From contig CP182352.1 of the NCBI GenBank assembly GCA_048571215.1, positions 2,304,001 through 2,368,000 on the forward strand: 64,000 nucleotides of DNA, given 5' to 3'. The translations under genes and the position numbers were made by a program. Shown here one piece after another: positions 27,685-38,086 of this stretch (positions within the stretch are counted from its first letter, which is position 1; each line of letters opens with the position of its first letter). The notes under the pieces are model-generated. The model made no database searches. It saw only the letters and a program-made list of their open reading frames with translations, and had not been told where the DNA came from. The DNA comes from Halarcobacter sp. (GTDB lineage Bacteria > Campylobacterota > Campylobacteria > Campylobacterales > Arcobacteraceae).

Positions 27685-28518
27685 TTATATTAACTTAATA
27701 TTATCTTCATTTAATTGTATTTTTTTATCATTGATCAATTTTGTCAAACTTGCTTTAAAAGCTTTTTTACTCATAGCAAAAACATTTTTTATATCTTCTG
27801 CACTACTTTTATAAGTAAATGCTAGTTCTCCATCATTTTGTTTCAATATTTCTAAAACTTTATTTACAAAATCATCATCTTTTTTTGCACCAATTTTTTG
27901 TAAAGAGATATCTAGTTTACCATCATCCCTTACATATTTTATATAAGCTTTAGTTCTATGTCCAACTTGTATGTTTTCAAATATTTCATTGTGGTATATA
28001 AGCCCCTCATAGGTATTGTTTACTATAACTTTAAAACCTAAAGGGGTTTTAATATACAATAAAATATCAACCTCATCATTTTTTACAAGGTTTTTAGGTT
28101 CTTTACTTAAAGTAAATTTTTCACTTCCTATAAGTCTATTTGTTTTTTCATCTTCAATAATTTGTACAACTTTTATATCTCCTACCCTAAAAGTACTTTT
28201 TTGCTTGTTTTTAGGTACTAATAAATCCTTAGGTAAGCCCATATCTACAAAGGCTCCAAATTTTGCAGTGTCGACTACTTCTAAAGCTGCAAATTGATTT
28301 TTCATGGCATAAGGTTTAAGCGTTGTTGATACCAGTCTATCTTCACTATCAGTATAGATAAAAACATCTAAAGTGCTTCCAATTTCCATCTCTTTTTTTA
28401 CATAACAATTTGGTAAAAGAACCTCCTGCTCATCTTCACTTATCAAATAAAGACCTGGCTCACTTACTCTGTTTATTTTTAGAGAATTTATCTCCCCTAA
28501 TTCAATTTTTTTATTCAT
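27685..28518 (-). CDS. CvfB/YitL S1-domain RNA-binding protein
   Basis: FIYTDSEDR, GAFVDMGLPKDL, F.MSKKAFK winged-helix end. Confidence 0.88.
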   Translation of the reverse strand: MNKKIELGEINSLKINRVSEPGLYLISEDEQEVLLPNCYVKKEMEIGSTLDVFIYTDSEDRLVSTTLKPYAMKNQFAALEVVDTAKFGAFVDMGLPKDLLVPKNKQKSTFRVGDIKVVQIIEDEKTNRLIGSEKFTLSKEPKNLVKNDEVDILLYIKTPLGFKVIVNNTYEGLIYHNEIFENIQVGHRTKAYIKYVRDDGKLDISLQKIGAKKDDDFVNKVLEILKQNDGELAFTYKSSAEDIKNVFAMSKKAFKASLTKLINDKKIQLNEDNIKLI

Positions 28519-29312
28519 TTTTTTCCTAAAATTTTTACAAGAACTAAAGTTATAACACCAACTATAATTATACTAGCCCCTGAACTTATATCATAATAAT
28601 ATGAAATAACCAAACCACATAGTGTCAAAAATACTGCAACCAAAGAACTTATAATCATCATAGTAGATAATTTTTTTGAATAAAGCTCTGCTAAATATGT
28701 TGGTATGGTTAATAATGCAATCACTAAAATCAATCCTACTACTTTTATTGCAGCAACAACACTAAGTGCTGCTAATATTAAAATAAGTGTATAAAAGAAA
28801 TTTACTGATATACCCCTAAGTTTTGCAAACTCACTATCATAAGAAACTGCTAATATTTGTTTATAAAATAGTAAAACCATCCCTATAATAAAAAAATCTA
28901 AGATACCTAAGTAAACTAAATCTTCATTTGAAACTGCAATAATTGAACCAAAAAGATAACTCATCAAATCAACATTATATCCAGGGGTTAAATCCACAAA
29001 AATAATACCTAAAGCCATCCCAAATGCCCACATTATTCCTATTATAGAGTCTATTCTTTTTTTATTGTTTATTGTAATTACTGCAATTATAAGAGCTGTT
29101 GTAATTGCAAAAACTGTTGCTCCAAATAATATAGGTAAACCTAAATATATAGCTAAACCAATCCCTCCATATGAACTATGGGCAATTCCCCCTGCTAAAA
29201 AAGTAATTCTATTTACAACTACTAAAGAACCAATGATTCCAGCTGCAATAGAAACCAATATACCTGCTATTAAGGCATTTTGTATAAAATCGTATTGTAA
29301 AGCTTCTAACAT
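28515..29312 (-). CDS. znuB: Zn/Mn ABC transporter permease
   Basis: GIAHSSYGG, YLFGSI, VGLILVIALL. Confidence 0.85.
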   Translation of the reverse strand: MLEALQYDFIQNALIAGILVSIAAGIIGSLVVVNRITFLAGGIAHSSYGGIGLAIYLGLPILFGATVFAITTALIIAVITINNKKRIDSIIGIMWAFGMALGIIFVDLTPGYNVDLMSYLFGSIIAVSNEDLVYLGILDFFIIGMVLLFYKQILAVSYDSEFAKLRGISVNFFYTLILILAALSVVAAIKVVGLILVIALLTIPTYLAELYSKKLSTMMIISSLVAVFLTLCGLVISYYYDISSGASIIIVGVITLVLVKILGKK

Positions 29313-29324
29313 ATAATATCCATT

Positions 29325-30071
29325 TTAAATATGTGTATGATTACAACAAACTTCAGTTTTACCCAAAGCTGATAAAAGTTCAACTTCACAAAGATGCTCA
29401 TCACTTACAAACTCTTTTTTATCATTGTTTTTTAAATGATGATAAACCATATTTTTATTTATATGAACAACATTTTTTGCATAATTTAAAAGTACAGAGA
29501 TATCATGACTAACAACAACTATAGTCATAGATTTATTCAAGTTTTTTAATAGTTCATATATATCTCTTTGACCTTTTACATCTATACTTGCAGTTGGTTC
29601 ATCTAAAAGCATAAGTTTAGGATTTGCACATAAAGCACGAGCTATAAAAACTCTTTGCCTTTGACCTCCACTTAAATCTGAAATTTTATTTTCTGAAAAC
29701 TCTTTCATACCAACTTGTTCAAGAGAATTCAATGCACAAGAGATCTCCTCCTTGCTATATCCAAAAAGCTGTCTTTTTCCACCTATATGTCCCATAAGTA
29801 CAACCTCAAGTGCTGTTATAGGAAAATCGATATTTAAATTTGTATTTTGGGGAACATATCCTATGTTATCACTTTTTATATGTTTTATCATCTTGCCACT
29901 TTTTGGTTTCAAAAGCTTTAGTATGATTTTTAATAAAGTTGATTTTCCACCACCATTTGGACCTATAATAGCTAAAAAATCATTCTCTATAATATCTAAA
30001 TTTATATCTTCTATCACATTTAGTCTATCGTATGCGTAGCAGATATTTTTAAGCTCTAATATTTTTTCCAT
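29325..30071 (-). CDS. znuC: Zn/Mn ABC transporter ATP-binding protein
   Basis: GPNGGGKST, GYVPQ, LSGGQRQR; His/Cys-rich tail. Confidence 0.85.
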   Translation of the reverse strand: MEKILELKNICYAYDRLNVIEDINLDIIENDFLAIIGPNGGGKSTLLKIILKLLKPKSGKMIKHIKSDNIGYVPQNTNLNIDFPITALEVVLMGHIGGKRQLFGYSKEEISCALNSLEQVGMKEFSENKISDLSGGQRQRVFIARALCANPKLMLLDEPTASIDVKGQRDIYELLKNLNKSMTIVVVSHDISVLLNYAKNVVHINKNMVYHHLKNNDKKEFVSDEHLCEVELLSALGKTEVCCNHTHI

Positions 30072-30125
30072 TTCTATTTACTTCACCTTAAAAAGTGCGA
30101 TTATACTTAAATAAAAGCAAGCTTG

Positions 30126-30890
30126 TCAATCTTTAGGTTTAGTTATGAAATTTAAAAAATTATTATATAAAATCCCTAAATATTCATGCATAGATACATC
30201 TGTTTTTCTTAAGTGACTAACCTTTGGTATAGAAAAAAAATCCCCATTTCCTTTTGAGAGATAATCAGTTGGTGCAGCGATTGGATTCATCTTTGCATTT
30301 TTAAATATTGCCATTGCTCTTGGCATATGGCTAGCAGAAGTAACCAAAATAAACTTATTATCTCCTATTACTTTTTTTGCATAAAGTGCTTCTTCAAAGG
30401 TATCTTTTGCTTTTTCTTGGGTTAAGATTTTACTTTTTGGAACTCCTAGAGAAATAGCAACATCTTTTGAGACAAAGGCATGAGGTACTTTATCAGGTCC
30501 AGCATATCCCGATACAATAAGTTTAGCATCATTGAGTTCTCTAAATATTCTAATACCTTCACCCAATCTCATCAAAGCAGTTTGAGATAGTTGAGATAAA
30601 GAGGAGATGTTTTTATTTGTTTCATGTCCACTTCCTAATACAAGTACATACTTTACAGATTTATCCACATTTATATATGCTGGATATTTTTGCTCTAAAG
30701 GTTTTGTAATATAATTTGCAAAGGGTGAATAAGAGACTATACACAACCATAAAAAAGAGAGGGTAAGATATATTTTGGCTTTCTTATAACTTTTGAAAAA
30801 AAGTGCAAACAATCCAAATAGAAACAATAAAAGTCCTATTGAAAGGGGCATAAAAAATGCAGAGATAATCTTTTTTAGAGTAAAAAGCAT
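30126..30890 (-). CDS. ElyC/YdcF (DUF218) family protein
   Basis: VLGSG, SGY, LVTSASHMPRA, HEYLG. Confidence 0.88.
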   Translation of the reverse strand: MLFTLKKIISAFFMPLSIGLLLFLFGLFALFFKSYKKAKIYLTLSFLWLCIVSYSPFANYITKPLEQKYPAYINVDKSVKYVLVLGSGHETNKNISSLSQLSQTALMRLGEGIRIFRELNDAKLIVSGYAGPDKVPHAFVSKDVAISLGVPKSKILTQEKAKDTFEEALYAKKVIGDNKFILVTSASHMPRAMAIFKNAKMNPIAAPTDYLSKGNGDFFSIPKVSHLRKTDVSMHEYLGILYNNFLNFITKPKD

Positions 30891-30891
30891 C

Positions 30892-31698
30892 TTAACTCTT
30901 TACAATTAAAGCTGAGGCATAGCCCACTACACTACTATTATCTTTAGTCCTATCAAAACTTGTACAGTAGTGTAAGAATTTAGTTTTAAACCCTTTTTTT
31001 AAAGCACTATTAACCATAGCTTTTACACCTATTTTTCCACAAGCCTCACACCCCTTATCAAAAAGTTCCAAATCCATATTCACTATTGCATTTAAACAGA
31101 TATTATCAAGTTTTTTTGCTTTTTCAAGGGTGTAAAAATGACTTAAATCTGTACTAATTACCACAAAATTATCATCATCTTCAAGTAATTGATCAATCAA
31201 AGTTGATAAGGTTTTAAAATCTTGTCTACCATACACTATCTCAACTACAGAAGTTTTATCAAAATAGTTTTTAATAAAAGGCACTTGGGTTTCTGTTGAA
31301 TGTTCGTGATGTGCTTCCTCAAAAAAGTTTAAAAACTCATATTTATCTTTTAATTTTTTTGAATACTCTAAATCTATTTTTATATCCCCATAAGGTGTTT
31401 CATAATTATCATATAAGGCTATTGAAGAACCTTCTAAGTATACCTTATGGCTTGGACCTATTACAATAACTCTTTTTATCTCACTTTTTAGATTTTGATT
31501 TAGACTTAAATTATAAGCTAAATTTGCAGTAAATCCACTATAAATATATCCCGCATGGGGTACTATAACTGCTTTTATATCAAGCTTGGTATCATTTTCA
31601 AGATTAAAACTATCATTAAAAGTTTTAATATATTTATCAATCTCATCTTTACTTTTTGGATAAAAAGTTCCCCTTACTGCTGCTTTTCTAATACTCAT
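30892..31698 (-). CDS. amrB: AmmeMemoRadiSam system protein B (MEMO1 family)
   Basis: GTFYP, PHAGYIYSG, GPSH, EHS.E, STDLSH, ACG, VVGY. Confidence 0.92.
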   Translation of the reverse strand: MSIRKAAVRGTFYPKSKDEIDKYIKTFNDSFNLENDTKLDIKAVIVPHAGYIYSGFTANLAYNLSLNQNLKSEIKRVIVIGPSHKVYLEGSSIALYDNYETPYGDIKIDLEYSKKLKDKYEFLNFFEEAHHEHSTETQVPFIKNYFDKTSVVEIVYGRQDFKTLSTLIDQLLEDDDNFVVISTDLSHFYTLEKAKKLDNICLNAIVNMDLELFDKGCEACGKIGVKAMVNSALKKGFKTKFLHYCTSFDRTKDNSSVVGYASALIVKS

Positions 31699-31700
31699 CT

Positions 31701-32693
31701 CTAACCTTTAAATACACCTGCTATTTTTTCACTACATTGAGGACAAGTAGAATTTATTATTTTATTATAGTTTACCGAAAAATGCTCTCTACTTATTAAC
31801 TCAAAACCACACTTTGGACAAAAAGTATTATTTTTAAATCCAATATTTCCTATATAAACATAGTTTAAACCCTCATTTTTTGCTAAATCATATGCCATTT
31901 TAAGAGTTTCAAAAGGGGTTCTTGGAAGATCTTGTTCCTTATAATCTGGATGAAAGGCTGATATATGCCAGGGGGTGTTTACCCCTAAGTTTTCCTTAAT
32001 CCATTTTACTATCTTTGTTAGCTCTTCTTTCGTGTCATTTTTACTTGGGATTACTAAAGTTGTAATTTCAGTATGTATACCATTTTTTTGTAAGTGGATT
32101 AGATTATCTAAAACTTGATTCAAATTTCCACCTAGACTTTTTTTATAATACTCTTCACTAAAAGATTTTAAATCAACATTTATTGCATCAATAATCCCTT
32201 TCATATCTTCAATCACCTCGGAACTTTCAAAGCCATTACTAACAAAAACCGATTTTAAACCATACTTTTTAGCCTCCAAAGCTATATCTTTTGCAAAGGG
32301 ATAAAAAATTGTTGGTTCATTATAAGTATAAGAGATAGATTCACATCCCCTTTGTTTTGCTATAAGTGCCACATCTCTTGCACTTATATATTTTGATTTA
32401 TCTATCTTTTTTTCTTGAGAAATACCATGATTTTGACAAAAACTACAATGGAAGTTACAACCAACTGTTCCTAAGGACAAAGATTTTGAGGTGGGTAAAA
32501 AGTGATATAAAGGTTTTTTTTCAATTGGGTCTATATTAAAAGCACTAATATGTCCATAAACCAAACACTCTATTTTATCTTCGACATTTTTATTTACACC
32601 ACATATCCCTATTTGATTTGGTTTTAATTGACAATAATATGAACATAAAAGACAAGTTAACTTTCCATTTGCTGTGGCTTTAAAATAGTTCAT
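31701..32693 (-). CDS. amrS: AmmeMemoRadiSam system radical SAM enzyme
   Basis: DPIEKKPLYHF, GCNFHCSFCQN, YTYNEP. Confidence 0.93.
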   Translation of the reverse strand: MNYFKATANGKLTCLLCSYYCQLKPNQIGICGVNKNVEDKIECLVYGHISAFNIDPIEKKPLYHFLPTSKSLSLGTVGCNFHCSFCQNHGISQEKKIDKSKYISARDVALIAKQRGCESISYTYNEPTIFYPFAKDIALEAKKYGLKSVFVSNGFESSEVIEDMKGIIDAINVDLKSFSEEYYKKSLGGNLNQVLDNLIHLQKNGIHTEITTLVIPSKNDTKEELTKIVKWIKENLGVNTPWHISAFHPDYKEQDLPRTPFETLKMAYDLAKNEGLNYVYIGNIGFKNNTFCPKCGFELISREHFSVNYNKIINSTCPQCSEKIAGVFKG

Positions 32694-32701
32694 TTTTACC
32701 C

Positions 32702-33247
32702 TTATTTAAACTTTTCAACCTCATAAACTTGTATCTTTGGATAGCCACTTAAATCTGATGGATTTAAACCAGCTTTTTTAACTAATTGAACCATAAAAGA
32801 ATCAAAATCATTAAGTTGCTCCCAAACCTGAGGTAAAAAAGTTGCTCTTTTCCCATCAAGTTCAAGAATAACTCCATGTTTATTTGGAATAATTTTCTTT
32901 TTTAAATCCTCAAAATCTTTATACTCTAAATCCTGAGCAGGGCTTAGAATAGAAAGTTCAACTTGAACATTTTCAAACTCTTTTTTAGTAAGTTTAGGAA
33001 AACGAGGATCAGCAAATGCAGCAGCTTTTGCATTATGAATAATATCATCAAGTAGATTTCGATGAGCAACTAACGAACCAATACAACCTCTTAACTTTCC
33101 ATCTAAGTTAAGTGTAACAAAACTAGCACCCAACTCTTTAAACTCAGAATACTTTTCAAACAATGAGTTTTTACTTATTAAAACTTTTTTTTCAAACTCT
33201 TCTTGAATAGATTTTTTTGCAACCTCAAGTAAGACCCAACTTTCCAT
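32702..33247 (-). CDS. amrA: AmmeMemoRadiSam system protein A (AMMECR1 family)
   Basis: FVTL...LRGCIG, DPRF, ATFLPQVW. Confidence 0.93.
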   Translation of the reverse strand: MESWVLLEVAKKSIQEEFEKKVLISKNSLFEKYSEFKELGASFVTLNLDGKLRGCIGSLVAHRNLLDDIIHNAKAAAFADPRFPKLTKKEFENVQVELSILSPAQDLEYKDFEDLKKKIIPNKHGVILELDGKRATFLPQVWEQLNDFDSFMVQLVKKAGLNPSDLSGYPKIQVYEVEKFK

Positions 33248-33302
33248 AAAAACTCCCTCTAAACTAAAATTTTACTAATTTATCAACTACACAATTATTT
33301 AC

Positions 33303-34235
33303 TCAATGCAAAATATCCTTTATAGCTTCAATAAACATTCTACTGTCATTAACACATTTACAAACCTTATAATCTAAAATCCCAATCTTATCAGCTAACT
33401 CTTTATACTCTAAACTAAGTTCAAAATCTGTTTCGGAATTATCAATAATAAAAGCAATAGGATAGATTAGAACCTTTTGGTTTCTATATTTTGTCAAAGT
33501 GTCATCTAAAGAGGGTGTTAACCATTTCATAGGCCCAACTTTTGATTGATATGCCAAGGAGATAGATTTGAACTCTATTTTATTTTTTGATAACTTTTGA
33601 GATAAAATTTCCACATGTTCATTAACTTGTTTTTCATATGGATCACCCTTATCTACTATTTTTTGAGGAAGACCATGGGCTGAAAAAATAAGATTATATT
33701 CCCCATAATTTTCTACAGTTGATTTTATAGTATCTATTATAGCATCATTAAATTTATCATTTTTATAAAAAGGTTCTATAACTTCAATATTAAACCCATT
33801 GCCAGCAACTTCAATAAAATCTTCAACAGACGATTTTGTAGTAGTAGTTGAGTATTGGGGATATAAAGGGAAAAGTATCACATCTTTTATCTTTTTTCTT
33901 TTTAACTCTTTTATACTTTCACTTGCAAAAGGGGGTGTATATCTCATAACTTGCATTACACAAACATCTGATAATATATCATTTAGTTTAGAAACTAACT
34001 TTTCTGTCAAGGGGTTTATAGGTGATCTACTACCTATTAGCTTATAGTTTTCCCAAGCTTTGTCTGTTCTCATTTTTACAATAAATGAAGCTAATAATGA
34101 CCTAAAAAAATCACTTTTTATAGTCAATATATTTTTATCATTAAACATATTTGTTAAAAACATTCTCAATTCATCTTTATTTCTAGCTCCACCCATATTA
34201 AGTAAAATCAATGCTTTTTTACAATCTTTATCCAT
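33303..34235 (-). CDS. hemH: Ferrochelatase
   Basis: LLNMGG, PLYPQYS, FSAHGLP, YQSKVGP..WL.P. Confidence 0.97.
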   Translation of the reverse strand: MDKDCKKALILLNMGGARNKDELRMFLTNMFNDKNILTIKSDFFRSLLASFIVKMRTDKAWENYKLIGSRSPINPLTEKLVSKLNDILSDVCVMQVMRYTPPFASESIKELKRKKIKDVILFPLYPQYSTTTTKSSVEDFIEVAGNGFNIEVIEPFYKNDKFNDAIIDTIKSTVENYGEYNLIFSAHGLPQKIVDKGDPYEKQVNEHVEILSQKLSKNKIEFKSISLAYQSKVGPMKWLTPSLDDTLTKYRNQKVLIYPIAFIIDNSETDFELSLEYKELADKIGILDYKVCKCVNDSRMFIEAIKDILH

Positions 34236-34237
34236 AA

Positions 34238-34834
34238 TTAATCTAACCTTATTATTTTATCGCTACACCAACGTGCAAGTGTCATATCATGTGTGATTAA
34301 AACAATAGCACAACTATCTAAATATTTTATTAACATCTTCATCACATCAACTGCAATTATATTATCTAAAGCTGATGTTGGTTCATCAACCAAAAGTAAA
34401 TCTGGTTTCATCATAAGTGCTCTTAATATAGAACATCTTTGAAGTTGTCCTCCACTTAGTTCATGGGGTTTTTTATTTAATAATTCAAAATTTAAACTAA
34501 GCTCTTGACAAAAACTTTTAACATCTTCCCTAAAATTGCTATTTTTTTCTAATACATCTTCAATTTGATTTATAATTGAAAAAGAGGGATGAAAAGAGGT
34601 ATAAGGATCTTGATAAATAGAACTTATCTTTTTAGTTCTAATCTCTCCACTAAGTGGTTTTAAGTTTCCACATATCAACTCAAATAAAGTACTTTTTCCA
34701 CTTCCACTTTTCCCAACAATAGAGAATAACTCCCCTTTTTTAAGCTCTAAATTAAAATCCTTATATATTAATTGATCTTTCTTATAAGCAAAATTTAGAT
34801 TATCTATTTTTAAAATAGTCTCTTCTAAAGACAT
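34238..34834 (-). CDS. ABC transporter ATP-binding protein (peptide/nickel type, stand-alone)
   Basis: GKSGSGKST, LSGGQLQR, DEPTSALD; start placed at the ATG with AGGAAG RBS. Confidence 0.85.
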   Translation of the reverse strand: MSLEETILKIDNLNFAYKKDQLIYKDFNLELKKGELFSIVGKSGSGKSTLFELICGNLKPLSGEIRTKKISSIYQDPYTSFHPSFSIINQIEDVLEKNSNFREDVKSFCQELSLNFELLNKKPHELSGGQLQRCSILRALMMKPDLLLVDEPTSALDNIIAVDVMKMLIKYLDSCAIVLITHDMTLARWCSDKIIRLD

Positions 34835-34994
34835 ATAACTTCCTAAATTGTTTTTATTGCTAACTATAATCAAATTATACTAAATGGTTCATTATAACTC
34901 ATGTTTATAATTTTCATACCAAAAAAATGTCAATTTATAAGTTAAATAAAAGGAAATAGTGCTAAAATTTAACTTTTAAAATCAAGGAGAGTAT

Positions 34995-35273
34995 ATGAAA
35001 AAGATTGTTTTAGGAACAATGATTGCTGCTGCATCTTTAATGGCTGCAAGTTTCGCACCATGTGCTGGATGTCATGGAGCAAAAGCTGAGAAAAAAGCTT
35101 TAGGGAAGTCTCATGTTATCGCTGGATGGCCAGTAGATAAAATTGAAGCTGCGCTACACGGATATAAAGATGGTTCTTATGGTGGAGCTATGAAAGGTGT
35201 TATGAAAGGTCAAGTTGCAAGACTTTCAGATGCAGACATTAAAGATTTAGCTGAACAAATTTCTAAATTCTAA
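34995..35273 (+). CDS. Cytochrome c553-type monoheme cytochrome
   Basis: Signal peptide, CAGCH, Met ligand in GAMKGVM. Confidence 0.93.
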   Translation: MKKIVLGTMIAAASLMAASFAPCAGCHGAKAEKKALGKSHVIAGWPVDKIEAALHGYKDGSYGGAMKGVMKGQVARLSDADIKDLAEQISKF

Positions 35274-35302
35274 TTTTAAGTATTTAGTTTATATAAAGTG
35301 AA

Positions 35303-35533
35303 TCACTCTTTTGGTGATTCACTTTTTTTATGCTCTTTTTTTGCATCATTTATTTTCTTTTCTTTATTTACAGCATCATTTAAATCATCTGTACTATCAA
35401 ATAATAAACCATCCATCATTTTTCTACTATCATCAAACTGACCATTTTTTGCACCCCAGATAAATACACCCAAAACTGCAAAAGAGATTACAAGACCTAC
35501 AACCAACATCATCAAAAGTGTATCGTTTATCAT
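35303..35533 (-). CDS. ccoS: cbb3-type oxidase assembly protein
   Basis: TM followed by WGAKNGQFDD. Confidence 0.92.
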   Translation of the reverse strand: MINDTLLMMLVVGLVISFAVLGVFIWGAKNGQFDDSRKMMDGLLFDSTDDLNDAVNKEKKINDAKKEHKKSESPKE

Positions 35534-35540
35534 AATTTTC

Positions 35541-37982
35541 CTACTTTTTCATTTTTATTCGCATAGAGTTAGCAACAACAAGCAATGAGCTTAAACTCAT
35601 AGATAAAGCTGCAACCAAAGGTATTACAAAACCAGCCATAGCAAGGGGAATTGTAACTGTATTATAGATCACAGACAATAAAAGATTTTGTTTTATAAAC
35701 TTATATGTTCTTCTTGAGATAATAAAAGCTTGTTTTAAACTCTCCAAAGAGTTATTTAATAAAACAATATCAGACACACTAATAGTCACATCAGCTGAAT
35801 TACCCATAGCAACAGATACATCACTAGAAGCTAAAGCAACAGAGTCGTTTATCCCATCTCCTGCCATTATAACTATTTTTCCATCTTCTCTTAATCTTTT
35901 TATATATTTAGCTTTTCCTATTGGGTCTATATTTGCAACAAACTTTTTAATACCAACTTTAGAGGCAACTTTAGAAGCAACTTGTTCATTGTCTCCTGTT
36001 AACATCACCAATTCTAAACCATTTTTTATAGCTTCATTTACTAAATCCTTAGCATCCTCTTTTAACTCATCTTCAAGTTCAAAGGTTGCAATAACTTTTC
36101 CATTTATAGCAAAAAGATATACAGAGTTTGTACTATCAAAGTTATAGTTTATTCTATTTTCTCTTAATAGTTCAATATTTCCACCAACTAGAAAAAACTC
36201 TTTACCTTCTATATTTTCATATTTTGCAAGCAATCCTTTTGCTTGTACATTTTTAACATCTTTTAATTTTTTTAAACTAAGATTATCAAAACTTTTATCC
36301 ATATGTTTTTTTATAGATTTTGAGATAGGATGATTTGAACTATCTATTAGGGAATACAAAAGATTTAATTTATGAATATTTTTATCTAAAATTCTCATCT
36401 TTTTAACTTTTAGTTCCCCTTTTGTTAAAGTTCCGGTTTTATCTAAAACTAAAGTATTAGCTTTTGCCAAGGTTTCAATAAATCTTGCTTCTTTAAATAA
36501 AAGACCTTTTTTTGCTAACTCTGAGATACCTATTAAACTTGCTATTGGAGTAGCTAAGGCTAAGGCACAAGGGCAAGCTATAACAATAACAGAGATCGCA
36601 ACAATAAATGACTTTTCAAAATGATTAGCCCCATCATAATCAAAACCTAAATCTATCCCAAAAAAATACCAAACAATAAAAGTTAAAATAGCAAGAGTTA
36701 AAATTGAGATGGTAAAACCTTTTGATATCTCATTTGCTGTAGTTTCTATTTTTGGTTTTGAACTTAAAGAGTCTTCAAGTAGTGTTACAATTGAGTTTAA
36801 AGTTGAATCTTTATAAGTTTTTGTTACTTCATATAAAATAACTGTATCATTGTTTATAGTCCCACTTAAAACAGTATCGCCCACTTTTTTAAAAATAGGC
36901 AAAGACTCCCCTGTCAAGCTTGATTCGTCAAAAGTTCCTTCTCCACTTACAATCTTTCCATCAACACAAACTTTTTGACCACTTCGTATCTCAACTATAT
37001 CTCCAACTTTAATACTATCTAAAGAGATACTTTTTTTAATCCCATCTTCTAAAATAATAGCTTCTAAAGGGATAGTACTTTTTATCTTATCAAGAGTATC
37101 TACGGCACTTTTTTTACCTATAACTTCAAGGTATTTACCAACTAAAACAAAGGTGATAATCATAGTGACAGAATCAAAATAACTCTCCCCTTTCCCACCA
37201 AATAGTACATATAAAGAGTAAATATAACTTAAACTAGCTCCTGAACTTACCAAAAAGTCCATATTTAAAATTTTATTTTTTAAGCCATAATATGCCCCAC
37301 GGAAAAATATCCATCCAGAATAAAATAAAACAGGAGTAGAAAGGATAAACTCTCCAAGATGGATATAATCTCTAATCTCTTGGTCAATCCCCATAAAAAA
37401 GCCACTGTATTTTGCAACAGATAACATCATAATATTTACAGTTGCAAAAACTGCCACCATCATACGAATAAAATAGTCTCTTTTATATTTTACAGCTTGT
37501 TCATCAGCTATTTTTGCATCATAAGCATATGCATTGTAACCGATATTTCTAATTTTTAATATTATTTCAGATAGTTTAATTTTTTCATCATCCCAAATAA
37601 TTTTTGCTTTATTATTTGTGAAATTTATATCTGCACTTATTATGCCTTCTGTTTCATATAAAACTTTTTCATTTAGCCAAATACAAGCTGCACAATGAAT
37701 CCCTTCAATAATCAAATCTACACTTTTAAAACCTTCTGATGTAGTGCTAATAAAGTTTTGTTCAAAACTTTGAGTATCAAATCTTTGAATATCATCATCC
37801 ACCTCAATTGGCGGTGAAATGGACTTATTCCCCAATTTATCATAAAAAGAATCTAAACCATCACTTTTCAAAAGATGGTAAACACCTTGACAGCCTTTAC
37901 AACAAAAATTCAAATCATTTTCTTTTATCATTACCTTTTCATCATATTCTAAATGGCAATGGTCACACCTAATTATAGACAT
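35541..37982 (-). CDS. ccoI: Cu-transporting P1B ATPase (CcoI/FixI type)
   Basis: CDHC/CCKGC N-terminus, HCAAC HMA, CPC, DKTGT, GDGIND; upstream of ccoS. Confidence 0.88.
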   Translation of the reverse strand: MSIIRCDHCHLEYDEKVMIKENDLNFCCKGCQGVYHLLKSDGLDSFYDKLGNKSISPPIEVDDDIQRFDTQSFEQNFISTTSEGFKSVDLIIEGIHCAACIWLNEKVLYETEGIISADINFTNNKAKIIWDDEKIKLSEIILKIRNIGYNAYAYDAKIADEQAVKYKRDYFIRMMVAVFATVNIMMLSVAKYSGFFMGIDQEIRDYIHLGEFILSTPVLFYSGWIFFRGAYYGLKNKILNMDFLVSSGASLSYIYSLYVLFGGKGESYFDSVTMIITFVLVGKYLEVIGKKSAVDTLDKIKSTIPLEAIILEDGIKKSISLDSIKVGDIVEIRSGQKVCVDGKIVSGEGTFDESSLTGESLPIFKKVGDTVLSGTINNDTVILYEVTKTYKDSTLNSIVTLLEDSLSSKPKIETTANEISKGFTISILTLAILTFIVWYFFGIDLGFDYDGANHFEKSFIVAISVIVIACPCALALATPIASLIGISELAKKGLLFKEARFIETLAKANTLVLDKTGTLTKGELKVKKMRILDKNIHKLNLLYSLIDSSNHPISKSIKKHMDKSFDNLSLKKLKDVKNVQAKGLLAKYENIEGKEFFLVGGNIELLRENRINYNFDSTNSVYLFAINGKVIATFELEDELKEDAKDLVNEAIKNGLELVMLTGDNEQVASKVASKVGIKKFVANIDPIGKAKYIKRLREDGKIVIMAGDGINDSVALASSDVSVAMGNSADVTISVSDIVLLNNSLESLKQAFIISRRTYKFIKQNLLLSVIYNTVTIPLAMAGFVIPLVAALSMSLSSLLVVANSMRIKMKK

Positions 37983-38086
37983 TCTGTTCCTAAAATATTA
38001 ATTATTATCTTTTCTAATGTTTTTCTCAAACCTATATTTAATCAATTGTATATTATTATATCGTAATAACTTTGGAGTAAGTCTTA

